This document shows positions 44,908 to 53,415 of a stretch of DNA of 64,000 nt, one piece after another; within the stretch, counting starts at the first letter, position 1, and each line of letters opens with the position of its first letter. Source of the DNA: Thermoplasmata archaeon (GTDB lineage: Archaea; Thermoplasmatota; Thermoplasmata; Lutacidiplasmatales; UBA184). Under the pieces are notes generated by a model that saw nothing but the letters and a program-made list of their open reading frames with translations, was not told the DNA's origin and made no database searches. The DNA lies in assembly GCA_022750415.1 (NCBI GenBank), contig JAKIVT010000001.1:38298-102297 (forward strand), written 5' to 3'. A program made the translations under genes and the position numbers.

Positions 44908-46262
44908 ACACCCAGACTCCGCCCCTTCGGCCGGTCGGGGACGCCGAGGCCCTCGCACGACCGGTGTGGCGGTTGCATCGGGAGTACGAGCCGAACCTGG
45001 GGGGCGTCGTCCCGATGATGCGGGCCCTCATCCACTCCGGCCGGACCGCCGGTCTCTCGGGGGAGACGTCGTGGGTCGCCCTCGGAGGCGCGGGGATCCC
45101 GCCGACGGTGCCCACGAACGATGGGTACACCCTCAGCACGTTCGACCTTCCGGACGCGACGCGCCGCAGCTACGGACGGTTCAAGGAGGCGATCTGGCGG
45201 TCGTTCCACGGCCCCCGAGGGTTCCGCCCGTCCCTGTCCGACTATCCCGGGTTCGTGGAGTACAGCGCCCGCGCCGCACTCGCCCTCCTCCCGAAGGTCG
45301 CCGACCACGACCTGCTGTACGTGAACGACTTCCAGCAAGTCCTCGTCGGTGGCCTGATCGGCTCCGCGGCACCGGCGCTGCTCCGATGGCACATCCCCCT
45401 CGATTTCCGGGGGTACCCGGAGCCGGTTCGCCGATTCTTCCTGAAGGCCATGGAGGGGTTCGATGGCGTCGTCGTCAGCACGAGGGCCGGCCTCGAGGAC
45501 CTGATCCAGGCCGGGTTCCAGGGGCGAGCGTACCAGGTGTACCCGTACTTCGACCCCCAGGAGCAGCGGTCCGCCTCCCCGGCGGTGCGGGTTCGGGTGC
45601 AGCAGCGGCTCAAGCTCCGGGAGGGACCGGTCGTCCTCTGCGTCGGCCGGATGGACCCGGTGAAACGCCAGGACCTCGCCATCGACGCGTTCGTCCGGGT
45701 CGCCCGGCGCTACCCGACGGCCCGGCTCGTCCTCGTCGGCGGAGAGAGCTTCTCGACGAGCGCCGCCGGCCTCGGGGCCCCGAAGGGGAGGAGCTGGCGC
45801 GAGAAGCTCGAGGCCCGGGTCCGGCACCACCACCTCGACGCCCGGGTCGTGTTCGCCGGCGCCCTTCCCGATGAGGAGCTCCGGGCGCTCTACGACCTCG
45901 CGGACATCTTCGTCCACCCCGCACCCTGGGAGGGGTTCGGACTTGTCGTCGTTGAAGCGTGGAACCATGGCGTCCCCGTGATCGTCAGCCGGGGCGCGGG
46001 AGCGGCGGAGCTCGTCGACGACGGGGTCAACGGCTACCTGACGCGGCCGGGTTCGTCGAGCGAGATCTCGCACCGGATCACCCGGCTGCTCGGCAGCCCG
46101 CCGGAGGCCGAACGGATCGGCGCGAACGGTCTCCTGACCGCGCGGCGCTGCCACGTCGAGCGGGCGGCGCCGCGGCTCCGGGAGATCTTCGAGCGCACGG
46201 TCGAACTGTACGAGCGGCGCCCGATCCGGAGGCGTCGGACGTTCGCGGGGGCCCGAACGTGA
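44886..46262 (+). CDS. glycosyltransferase family 4 (retaining GT-B)
   Basis: In-frame ATG 44886 of track ORF 42987..46262; the first ~630 aa of that ORF are an off-frame shadow of GH15. The EX7E region is FVHPAPWEGFGLVVVEAWNHGVPVIVSRGAGAAELVDDGVNGYL. Confidence 0.85.
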   Translation: MGIRLCVNTQTPPLRPVGDAEALARPVWRLHREYEPNLGGVVPMMRALIHSGRTAGLSGETSWVALGGAGIPPTVPTNDGYTLSTFDLPDATRRSYGRFKEAIWRSFHGPRGFRPSLSDYPGFVEYSARAALALLPKVADHDLLYVNDFQQVLVGGLIGSAAPALLRWHIPLDFRGYPEPVRRFFLKAMEGFDGVVVSTRAGLEDLIQAGFQGRAYQVYPYFDPQEQRSASPAVRVRVQQRLKLREGPVVLCVGRMDPVKRQDLAIDAFVRVARRYPTARLVLVGGESFSTSAAGLGAPKGRSWREKLEARVRHHHLDARVVFAGALPDEELRALYDLADIFVHPAPWEGFGLVVVEAWNHGVPVIVSRGAGAAELVDDGVNGYLTRPGSSSEISHRITRLLGSPPEAERIGANGLLTARRCHVERAAPRLREIFERTVELYERRPIRRRRTFAGART

Positions 46263-47176
46263 CCCGGACGCCGTCGCCGCCCGAACCGCTCGCGGTCACC
46301 ATCGACCTCTGGTTCACGCTGATTGCCTTCAGCCGCGCCGGGCCGCGGGCGTACGAGCGGGCCCGTCGGACCGCGTGGGTCGAACCGCTCGTCGCGGGCG
46401 GGCTGCCCGTTCGCGTATCGGAGCGGGCGGTTCGGGCCCTGGAGGAATGGGCGAGCGAACGGGAAGAGACCGGCCGCTCCGTCTCGCTCGCCGAGCAGGC
46501 GGACGAGCTCGAACGGCTCGTACGGGTGCGGCCCGACCCCCACCGGGTCGGCCACTCGATCGCCTTCGCCCTGGCGTCGGCGAACCTCCAATGGCAGCCC
46601 GGCATCCACCGGGCTCTCGGCCGCCTCCGCCGGCGCGGCCTCAAGGTCGGCGTCGTCTCCAACATCCTCTACGAACCGCCGGAGTCGGCGCGGGGGTTGC
46701 TGCGGCGTCTCGGTCCTTCCGGCTTCTTCGACGCCATCGTCCTCTCCGCCGACGGACCGGACGCGAAACCCGCCCCTGGGATGCTGCGCCGGGCGGCGAG
46801 CGAACTCGGGGTCGCGCCTTCCCGGATCCTTCACATCGGAGACAGCACCGCCGACCTCCTCGCCGCCGCGCGGGCGGGCGTCGCGTTCGTCCGCTACACC
46901 GGCCGACCGCGGTCGCCCGCGCTGCCACATCCCCTCCCGCATCCCCGGGTCCGGTACCCCACGCTCCGACGATGGAGCGACCTCCCGGCCCGATTCGACC
47001 AGATCTGGCGGGCGGCGTCGGCCGCCCGCGACCGGGCCGTCAGACGAGGGCGTACCGGGCCAGCGACACCACGTCGGCGACCGAGAGGGCGAGCGACCGC
47101 TCCGCGGAACCGGCGTCCCACCGGGCCTCGATCGCCCCGTTCGGGAACCCGGGGAGGGCGGCCGCCTCGTGGGTGA
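46259..47176 (+). CDS. HAD superfamily hydrolase
   Basis: GTG 46259 forms a GTGA overlap with the GT4 stop. Motif I is VTIDLWFTLI, followed by VGVVSN and HIGDSTADLLAAARAG. The R/P-rich tail overlaps the convergent gene by 137 nt. Confidence 0.78.
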   Translation: MTRTPSPPEPLAVTIDLWFTLIAFSRAGPRAYERARRTAWVEPLVAGGLPVRVSERAVRALEEWASEREETGRSVSLAEQADELERLVRVRPDPHRVGHSIAFALASANLQWQPGIHRALGRLRRRGLKVGVVSNILYEPPESARGLLRRLGPSGFFDAIVLSADGPDAKPAPGMLRRAASELGVAPSRILHIGDSTADLLAAARAGVAFVRYTGRPRSPALPHPLPHPRVRYPTLRRWSDLPARFDQIWRAASAARDRAVRRGRTGPATPRRRPRGRATAPRNRRPTGPRSPRSGTRGGRPPRG

Positions 47177-47414
47177 CGAGCCGGTTCGGCAGCCCCCGCA
47201 CATCGAGGGCGAGGACGACGACGATGGCTCCGACCGGTCCGCTCTCGACGACCAGGACGATCGACGTCCCCGCCGTTCGCTCCTCGACCCGCGACTCCTC
47301 GTCGTGCAGGTGGGCGATCCGGCCGCCAGCGCCCTTTCCCTTGGAGTTCGCCGGACGCTTCGAGCTGGCCGTTCGCCAGGTGATCTGACCACCGGCGATC
47401 CGGAACCGGGCCAT
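47040..47414 (-). CDS. hypothetical 124-aa protein
   Basis: Internal ATG 47414 of track ORF 47040..48029 (MARFRIAGGQITWRT...SIVLVVESGPVGAIVVVLALDVRGLP...). It lies 38 nt downstream of the DUF2400 gene on the same strand. Confidence 0.5.
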   Translation of the reverse strand: MARFRIAGGQITWRTASSKRPANSKGKGAGGRIAHLHDEESRVEERTAGTSIVLVVESGPVGAIVVVLALDVRGLPNRLVTHEAAALPGFPNGAIEARWDAGSAERSLALSVADVVSLARYALV

Positions 47415-47452
47415 CAGACCCGGCTCGATCCCGGTGGGGACGGGCCGGGCCG

Positions 47453-48331
47453 TCACGCCCCGACCCTCCGACCCCGCCAGAGGCGACAGTCGGGGCGAAC
47501 CACGCACGGGCCGCACACGGCAATGTCGCGATGCTTCGGACAGTCTCCGGAGATGCCGGTGTGGCACAGAACGAAATCGTACTTCACCGGGTCGTGGACG
47601 TCGACGGCCCGCAACGCCTCGGTGACCTCTTCGACGGTCCGCCAGTTCCGGGTCTTGCGGGCGGTCAATCCGAGATTGTACGCGATCCAGAACGTGTGCT
47701 GGTCGAGGGGGATCCGGAGCGCGGAGATGGGCACCGACGACCAGACCCCGAGGTCGGGAGGCTCGGTCCGGACCATCCAGCGAACGAACAGGGTGAGCCG
47801 TTTGCACGCGCTGCCGGCGTCGTCCAGGGGACTCGGGAACAGCACGCGGTATCCCGCCGGCGCCGTCCCGTCGTCGGGGCCGCGGAGGGCGGCGGACAGC
47901 CGGTCGAGTCCACCGGCGAAGCCCCCGTCCGCGAGTCCGTCCGCAAAGGCCCGCTCGAGAGAACCTCCCTTGGCGTGGACGGCATGGAGCCGGGACGCGA
48001 GATGCGCCATCTGGTCGCCGCGGATCCATCGGTGCCGGAATCCGGCCACCCGGCGGAGCCGCTCGGGGGTCGGCACGTCGACGAGATGGCGGACCAGGTC
48101 GCCGTCCGCTCTGCGGAGGAGCTCGGCGAACGAACCGCGGATTGCGGTCGTATTGCCGATGGCGAGCGTCGCCGCGAAGATCCCTCCGACCTCGGCGGCC
48201 CGGCGGTCGGAGCGGAATCCTTGGAGCCCGGCGACCGGATCCTCGGGAATCGAGCGCTCGAACGGAAACCGCTCGTACAGCGCGCGCAGATGCTCCGGAA
48301 ATCCCGGCGTCGGCCGATGGGCCGCGGCCAC
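47453..48331 (-). CDS. TIGR02757/DUF2400 family protein
   Basis: 292 aa with a GTG start. Hallmarks are GSACKRLTLFVRWMVRTEPPDLGVW and LRIPLDQHTF, plus a C-terminal Cys cluster LCHTGISGDCPKHRDIAVCGPCVVRPDC. Confidence 0.85.
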   Translation of the reverse strand: MAAAHRPTPGFPEHLRALYERFPFERSIPEDPVAGLQGFRSDRRAAEVGGIFAATLAIGNTTAIRGSFAELLRRADGDLVRHLVDVPTPERLRRVAGFRHRWIRGDQMAHLASRLHAVHAKGGSLERAFADGLADGGFAGGLDRLSAALRGPDDGTAPAGYRVLFPSPLDDAGSACKRLTLFVRWMVRTEPPDLGVWSSVPISALRIPLDQHTFWIAYNLGLTARKTRNWRTVEEVTEALRAVDVHDPVKYDFVLCHTGISGDCPKHRDIAVCGPCVVRPDCRLWRGRRVGA

Positions 48332-48411
48332 GAGGCGCCGACCCTCATTCCACCCATAGGTTTGTCGGGGTCCGACCGGGGACGGTATTATCCCCGCCCG
48401 TTCCCGGAACG

Positions 48412-49188
48412 ATGGCCGGCGACGGGGTGCGTTCGGGAGTCGACGCGATCTGGCTCGAACAGGTCGCCCGGCGCTCGCCGGTCGAGCACGCGTACGCGCT
48501 CTGGGACCTCCTCCAAGCGCCGGACCGGACCCGGTTCGTGTCCATCGTCCGGGGCGGGATCCCCCGAGCGTACCTCCTGCTCTGGCACGGTCATCCCGGC
48601 ACCGTCATCGCCCACTGGGTCGGGGAGGCGGACCCGCTATTGCTGGCATCCTTGCCGGCCCCGCCGTGCGTCCTGCTCGTTCCCGAACCCGCCGCCCCGC
48701 TCGTCCGAACCCGGCATCCCGGGCTCGTCGGGTCCCCGACCTTGCTGATGAGCCGGAACCGGGACGCCGCGATGCCGAGCCCATCGAACGGGGTCCGCCG
48801 ACTCACCGGGCGGGACCGGGGGCTCCTGCCGGACCTGGCCGAACTCGATTCGCCGATGCGGGCCGGATACGCCCGTCTGGACCCGGACCGCGAGCCGGTG
48901 TGGGGCGCCTTCGAGGGGGAGCGACTCGTTGGGGTCGCCCACGCGCCGGTCACGCTCCCGTTCGCGTGGGTGATCGCCGGGGTGTACACCCGACCCGAAC
49001 ATCGGGGTCGGGGCGTGGCGCAAGCCGTCACGGCCGCCTTGTGCCGGCAAGCGGAGTCCCTCGGGGCCATCGCGACCCTGTTCGTTCGCGAGGAGAACGT
49101 CGCCGCTCGGCGCGCCTACGAAAAGCTCGGGTTCCGGTCCGTCGGGCGGAAGGTCTGGTTCGAGGCCACGGGACCGCGGGTCGCGTAG
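48412..49188 (+). CDS. GNAT family N-acetyltransferase
   Basis: In-frame ATG 48412 of track ORF 48142..49188. The motif is VYTRPEHRGRGVAQAVTAAL ... ARRAYEKLGF. A TATTAT box lies about 22 nt upstream. Confidence 0.82.
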   Translation: MAGDGVRSGVDAIWLEQVARRSPVEHAYALWDLLQAPDRTRFVSIVRGGIPRAYLLLWHGHPGTVIAHWVGEADPLLLASLPAPPCVLLVPEPAAPLVRTRHPGLVGSPTLLMSRNRDAAMPSPSNGVRRLTGRDRGLLPDLAELDSPMRAGYARLDPDREPVWGAFEGERLVGVAHAPVTLPFAWVIAGVYTRPEHRGRGVAQAVTAALCRQAESLGAIATLFVREENVAARRAYEKLGFRSVGRKVWFEATGPRVA

Positions 49189-49231
49189 GGCGGAGGCAAC
49201 GGTTTTTCCGCGCGGCCCCGTCCCCGTCCCG

Positions 49232-50857
49232 ATGGCGGGGAACGCGGAGGCCGCCGAGGCGTTCCGGGAGATCGCCGACCTCCTCGACGTCCTCGGCGAG
49301 AAGTTCAAGCCCGAGGCGTATCGGCGCGCCGCCCGGTCGATCGACTCGCTGACGGAGGATCTGGCGGCCTTCGCGCAACGCGACGAGCTCCGCACCATTC
49401 CCGGGGTCGGGCAGGCCATCGAGGAGAAGATCCGGGAGTTCCTCCGCGATGGCAAAATCCCGTACTTGGAGCGCCTGCGGGCCGAGATCCCGCCCGGCAT
49501 CGTCGAGCTGATGCGAAGCTCCGGGATTGGCCCGAAGACCGCGCGACGGTTCTGGACCGACCTCGGCGTCGACGGTCCGGCCACCCTTCTGGCGGCCATC
49601 GACGCGGGGAAGCTCGAGGGTCTCTCCGGGTTCGGGCCGAAGAAGATCGCCAAGATCCGGGACGCGCTCGGCGCCCCCGCCGCCGAGACTCGGCGCCGTC
49701 CGCTCCGGGAGGCCGCTCTGGTGGCCGAGGGGTTGGTCGCCCGGATCCGAGCGGGCGCCCCGGTCGAGCGGATCGAGGTCGCCGGGAGCCTCCGACGTCG
49801 GCGCGAGACCGTCGGCGACCTCGACATCCTCGTCACCTCGGCAGAACCGGAGCGGGTGCTCGATACGTTCGGCCAGCTCGCCGGCGTGACCGTCGTCCTG
49901 CGGGGACCCACCAAGGAGACCATCCGTACCGCCGATGGCCTCCAGGTGGACCTGCGGGTGGTCGCACCGGAATCGTTCGGCGCCGCGTGGCAATACTTCA
50001 CCGGCTCGAAGGACCACAACATCCAGACCCGCTCGCTGGCCCGGGACCGGGGTCTGAAGATCAACGAGTACGCCGTCTACCGAGGCGAGGAGCGACTGCC
50101 CAGCTCGACGGAGGAGGAGGTGTACCGGTCCCTCGACCTTCCGTGGATCCCGGCCGAGATCCGCGAGGGCCAGGGAGAGGTCGAGGCGGGGCGGGCCGGC
50201 ACTCTCCCGAGACTGCTCGAGCCGTCCGACCTGCTCGGGGAGCTGCACGTGCACGTCGTTCCGGGGACGGGCCCCGCCGAGTGGCGGGGGGCCGTGGACG
50301 GGGCTCGGGTCGCCGGACTCCGGTACGTCGGTCTCGTGAGCACGGAGCCCGCGGAGCTACCGAAGTTGCGGCGATGGGTGGCCGAATTGAAGTCGACCGC
50401 GCCGGCCATCCTTCTCGGACTCGAGTCGACGCTCGGAGTCGAGATGGAGGACCCGAACGCCGATTTCCACATCTCCCGGGCGACCGACCGACCGCCCTCC
50501 GCCGAAGCGGATCCCGGCCTCGCACGCCGCGGGTTCCATTGGGTCGGTCACTTCGGCATTGCGCCGGACGACCGGGCGGGGGCCGGACGGCTCTCCGAGT
50601 GGGTCTCCTGGGCGCGGCGGACATCGGTTCCGCTCGAGGTGACCGCCTCGCCGTTCCTCGAAGGGCTCGACGCCGTCGCGGCCCGGCGGCTCGCGGAGGC
50701 GGGGGGCCGGCTGGTCGTCTCGGAAGGGACGGTCGGGGCCGAGCGGGCCCTCGCCCTGGCGGTCGGCACCGCGCGCCGGGGGTGGATTGGCCCGGGGTCG
50801 GTGATTACCGCCGGGCCTTGGCCGCCTTCGGGCGCGGATTCGCCGCGACGGATGTAG
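49232..50857 (+). CDS. family X DNA polymerase with C-terminal PHP-like domain
   Basis: 541 aa. It has HhH motifs (IPGVGQAIEEKI, SGIGPKTARRFW), catalytic GSLRRRRETVGDLDILV and QVDLRVV, and a PHP-like C-terminus starting LHVHV. Confidence 0.92.
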   Translation: MAGNAEAAEAFREIADLLDVLGEKFKPEAYRRAARSIDSLTEDLAAFAQRDELRTIPGVGQAIEEKIREFLRDGKIPYLERLRAEIPPGIVELMRSSGIGPKTARRFWTDLGVDGPATLLAAIDAGKLEGLSGFGPKKIAKIRDALGAPAAETRRRPLREAALVAEGLVARIRAGAPVERIEVAGSLRRRRETVGDLDILVTSAEPERVLDTFGQLAGVTVVLRGPTKETIRTADGLQVDLRVVAPESFGAAWQYFTGSKDHNIQTRSLARDRGLKINEYAVYRGEERLPSSTEEEVYRSLDLPWIPAEIREGQGEVEAGRAGTLPRLLEPSDLLGELHVHVVPGTGPAEWRGAVDGARVAGLRYVGLVSTEPAELPKLRRWVAELKSTAPAILLGLESTLGVEMEDPNADFHISRATDRPPSAEADPGLARRGFHWVGHFGIAPDDRAGAGRLSEWVSWARRTSVPLEVTASPFLEGLDAVAARRLAEAGGRLVVSEGTVGAERALALAVGTARRGWIGPGSVITAGPWPPSGADSPRRM

Positions 50858-51890
50858 TCGTGCTCAGGGGGGACGCTCGGCCCCCGGAGAGGCTCATCGT
50901 GCCCGCCTTCGCAAAGCACGCCGGACAGGTGTGGGCCGAGGGCCCTTCCTTCGCCCGCCAGTAGCAGGTGGAGCAGAGCGGGCGGCCGCACCCCCAGCAC
51001 AGGGGATCGGTGGCGCCGCCGGGAAGTCCGGCCCCGCATCCCGTGCACTCCCGGCGGGGGCCGATGGCGGTCGTCGCCGCGGAGGTGGCCAGCGGGCGCT
51101 GTTGGAGACGGGTCGGCACGACGGCGAGCGTGGGGGTGGTTCGCAACGTCGGAGCCGAAGGGGGTTCCGGGGGTCCCCCCGTTCGTTCGAGCTCGTGGAC
51201 CCGCTCTCGGAGCCGCTCCACCTCCATTTCGAGGAATCCGACCGGAGAAAAGGGGGCCCCGCCGGGCTGGCCTGCGACGGAGGTCGGCACCGGCACGGCG
51301 CTCTTCGAGCCCGCCGCGAACGGGAGGGACATCCCGATCTCCCCCTCGTCCCACGCGAACTCGGCCCCGGGGGCGACCGGTACGTGGTTCCGAACGTCCG
51401 CGTACTGGGCCGGAATCGAGGTCGAGCCGGGGAATCGGATCGGAACGCGGACCTCCCGGACCGGGGACGTCGGGTCGGGGAGAATCGCCGGAACGGGGCG
51501 GGCCGGCGCCGGCGGCGCGGCGGCCTCGACCGCCCGGCGGGAGACGGTCGGCGGGCCGGCCGACTCGGGCTCGGGAGCCGCACGGGCGGGGGTCACGGTC
51601 GGAGCGAGTTCGACCGGGGTTCGCGCGGAAGGGGGAGGGTCGGCCGGCGCGGGACCGGGGGCCGTCGATGCGGCGGGCTTCTTGGCGGGAGGACCGGCCC
51701 GGATCAGGACCACCAGCATCGCCCCCAGCAAGAGAACGAGGCCGACCCCGACGAGCCACGTGTCGAACTCGGAGGGGTTGCCGACGGAGGTTCCGGCGCC
51801 GATGAGGAGCAAGAGACCCCCCAGCGCGAGGATGGCCACCCCGACGGCCGCGACCGGGAACAAATCGGACGCGGGGGACCGGGCGCTCAT
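50805..51890 (-). CDS. membrane-anchored protein with Pro/Ala-rich linker and C-terminal double zinc ribbon
   Basis: Internal ATG 51890 of track ORF 50805..53066. It has two TM segments (VAAVGVAILALGGLLLLIG, LVGVGLVLLLGAMLVVLI), a coiled segment MEVERLRERVHELER, then CTGCG...CWGCG...CSTC...CPAC. Confidence 0.6.
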   Translation of the reverse strand: MSARSPASDLFPVAAVGVAILALGGLLLLIGAGTSVGNPSEFDTWLVGVGLVLLLGAMLVVLIRAGPPAKKPAASTAPGPAPADPPPSARTPVELAPTVTPARAAPEPESAGPPTVSRRAVEAAAPPAPARPVPAILPDPTSPVREVRVPIRFPGSTSIPAQYADVRNHVPVAPGAEFAWDEGEIGMSLPFAAGSKSAVPVPTSVAGQPGGAPFSPVGFLEMEVERLRERVHELERTGGPPEPPSAPTLRTTPTLAVVPTRLQQRPLATSAATTAIGPRRECTGCGAGLPGGATDPLCWGCGRPLCSTCYWRAKEGPSAHTCPACFAKAGTMSLSGGRASPLSTTTSVAANPRPKAAKARR

Positions 51891-52073
51891 GCGGAGCGCT
51901 CGGGTTCTGGGGCCTCTGCGCGAAGGTCGCCGGTGCGCATCGTCGGGAACTGCGGGTCGATGAAGCTCCCGCCGTAAGTACCTATCCTCACAGTCGGGGC
52001 CGGTCGTTCCGGGGCCCGAAACCCATGCGAATGGAACGGTCGGCTCATATGGCCGGCCGGGGCCGGTCCGGAC

Positions 52074-52451
52074 GTGGCGCCCCCCGCCCGGTACGCCCCC
52101 CGCACCGTCCTTCGCCCTCCCCGTCGAGCGACACCGTCCCCCGTGGAGCGCCGCCGCTCGAACGCGGCGGTCCCGGTCGCCATGGCCGTCGTGATCGTGG
52201 GCTTGGTGCTCGGCACCTACTCGGTGGTCCTGCCCATTCTGCTCGGGTTGATGCTCCTGGGTGCCGCCGGTTCGTTCCTGTCGACCCGCCTCAACCCCCT
52301 GTCGGTCGGATTCTACCTCCCGGTGAAGCCGTCGTTTGCCGCCATCGGCGTGGTGGCCCTCGGAGGGGTCCTCCTGTTCCTGGCCGCCTGGATGTACTGG
52401 ACCCACGGCATCGCATCGATCGTCCCGGGCCCCCGGGCGCCCCGGCTCTAG
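52074..52451 (+). CDS. small membrane protein (3 predicted TM)
   Basis: 125 aa with a GTG start. It has a basic N-terminus, then VPVAMAVVIVGLVLGTYSVVLPILLGLMLLGAAG and IGVVALGGVLLFLAAWMYW. Confidence 0.5.
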   Translation: MAPPARYAPRTVLRPPRRATPSPVERRRSNAAVPVAMAVVIVGLVLGTYSVVLPILLGLMLLGAAGSFLSTRLNPLSVGFYLPVKPSFAAIGVVALGGVLLFLAAWMYWTHGIASIVPGPRAPRL

Positions 52452-53353
52452 GAAGCGATCATCCGTTCGAGGGCCCGGCGGGCCTTCGCGGCGGTCTCGG
52501 GCTCGACGTCGATGACGTACTGGTTGCGGGCGAGCGAGTCCCGGACGTCCGTCAGGTCGATCTCCTTCATGAACGGACAGATCGCCCCCTCGCTGAGGGG
52601 CGTGAACTTCGTCCCGGGGTTCAGCTTCCGCATCCGGTGCAGGATGCCGACCTCGGTGGCGACGATCACCTCGGGCGCCCGGGTCTCCTCCGCGAACCGG
52701 ACCATCCCGTCGGTCGACAGGACCCGGTCGACGTGGTCCATCGCCTGCGTCGAGCAACCGCACTCCGGGTGGGCGACGATCGGGGCGCCCGGATGGGCCG
52801 CTCGCGCCCGTTCCAGATCCTCGGGGCGCAGCTTCGCGTGGACGGGGCAGTCGCCCATCCAGAGGTGGATCTTCCGCCCGGTCTTCCGGCGGACATACTC
52901 CCCGAGGAAGACGTCCGGGAGGAACAGGATCTCCTGATCGGCGGGGATCCTCCGGATGATCTCCTCGGCGTTCGAGCTCGTGCAGCAGTAATCGGACTCG
53001 GCCTTGACCTCGGCCGAGGTGTTGATGTAGGCGACTACGACGGCGCCCGGGTGCTCGCCTTTCCACGTCCGCAGTTGGTCGGCCGTGATCGCATCGGCGA
53101 GCCCGCAGCCCGCTTTCGGGTCGGGAAGGAGCACGGTCCGCGACGGGTTGAGGATCTTCGCGGTCTCGGCCATGAACCGGACCCCAGCGAACACGATCAC
53201 GGGCTTCGCGGACTCGACCGCCTTGCGGGAGAGGTAGAGCGAGTCTCCGACGAAGTCGGCGACCTCCTGGACCTCCGGCCGCTGGTAGTTGTGGGCGAGG
53301 ATCACCGCGTTGCGCTCGTCGCGCAGCGTGCGGATCTCCTGTTCGAGCGACAC
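52448..53353 (-). CDS. nadA: quinolinate synthase
   Basis: 301 aa with a GTG start. Motifs are NAVILAHNYQRPEVQEVADFVGDSL, FMAETAKILNP and a CPVH/HPEC pattern. Confidence 0.95.
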   Translation of the reverse strand: MSLEQEIRTLRDERNAVILAHNYQRPEVQEVADFVGDSLYLSRKAVESAKPVIVFAGVRFMAETAKILNPSRTVLLPDPKAGCGLADAITADQLRTWKGEHPGAVVVAYINTSAEVKAESDYCCTSSNAEEIIRRIPADQEILFLPDVFLGEYVRRKTGRKIHLWMGDCPVHAKLRPEDLERARAAHPGAPIVAHPECGCSTQAMDHVDRVLSTDGMVRFAEETRAPEVIVATEVGILHRMRKLNPGTKFTPLSEGAICPFMKEIDLTDVRDSLARNQYVIDVEPETAAKARRALERMIAS

Positions 53354-53415
53354 GGTTCCCTCCTCACGAATACGAGGGGAAGGGCACTCTTAAGCGGACG
53401 CTGAAGCGCCCGCCC

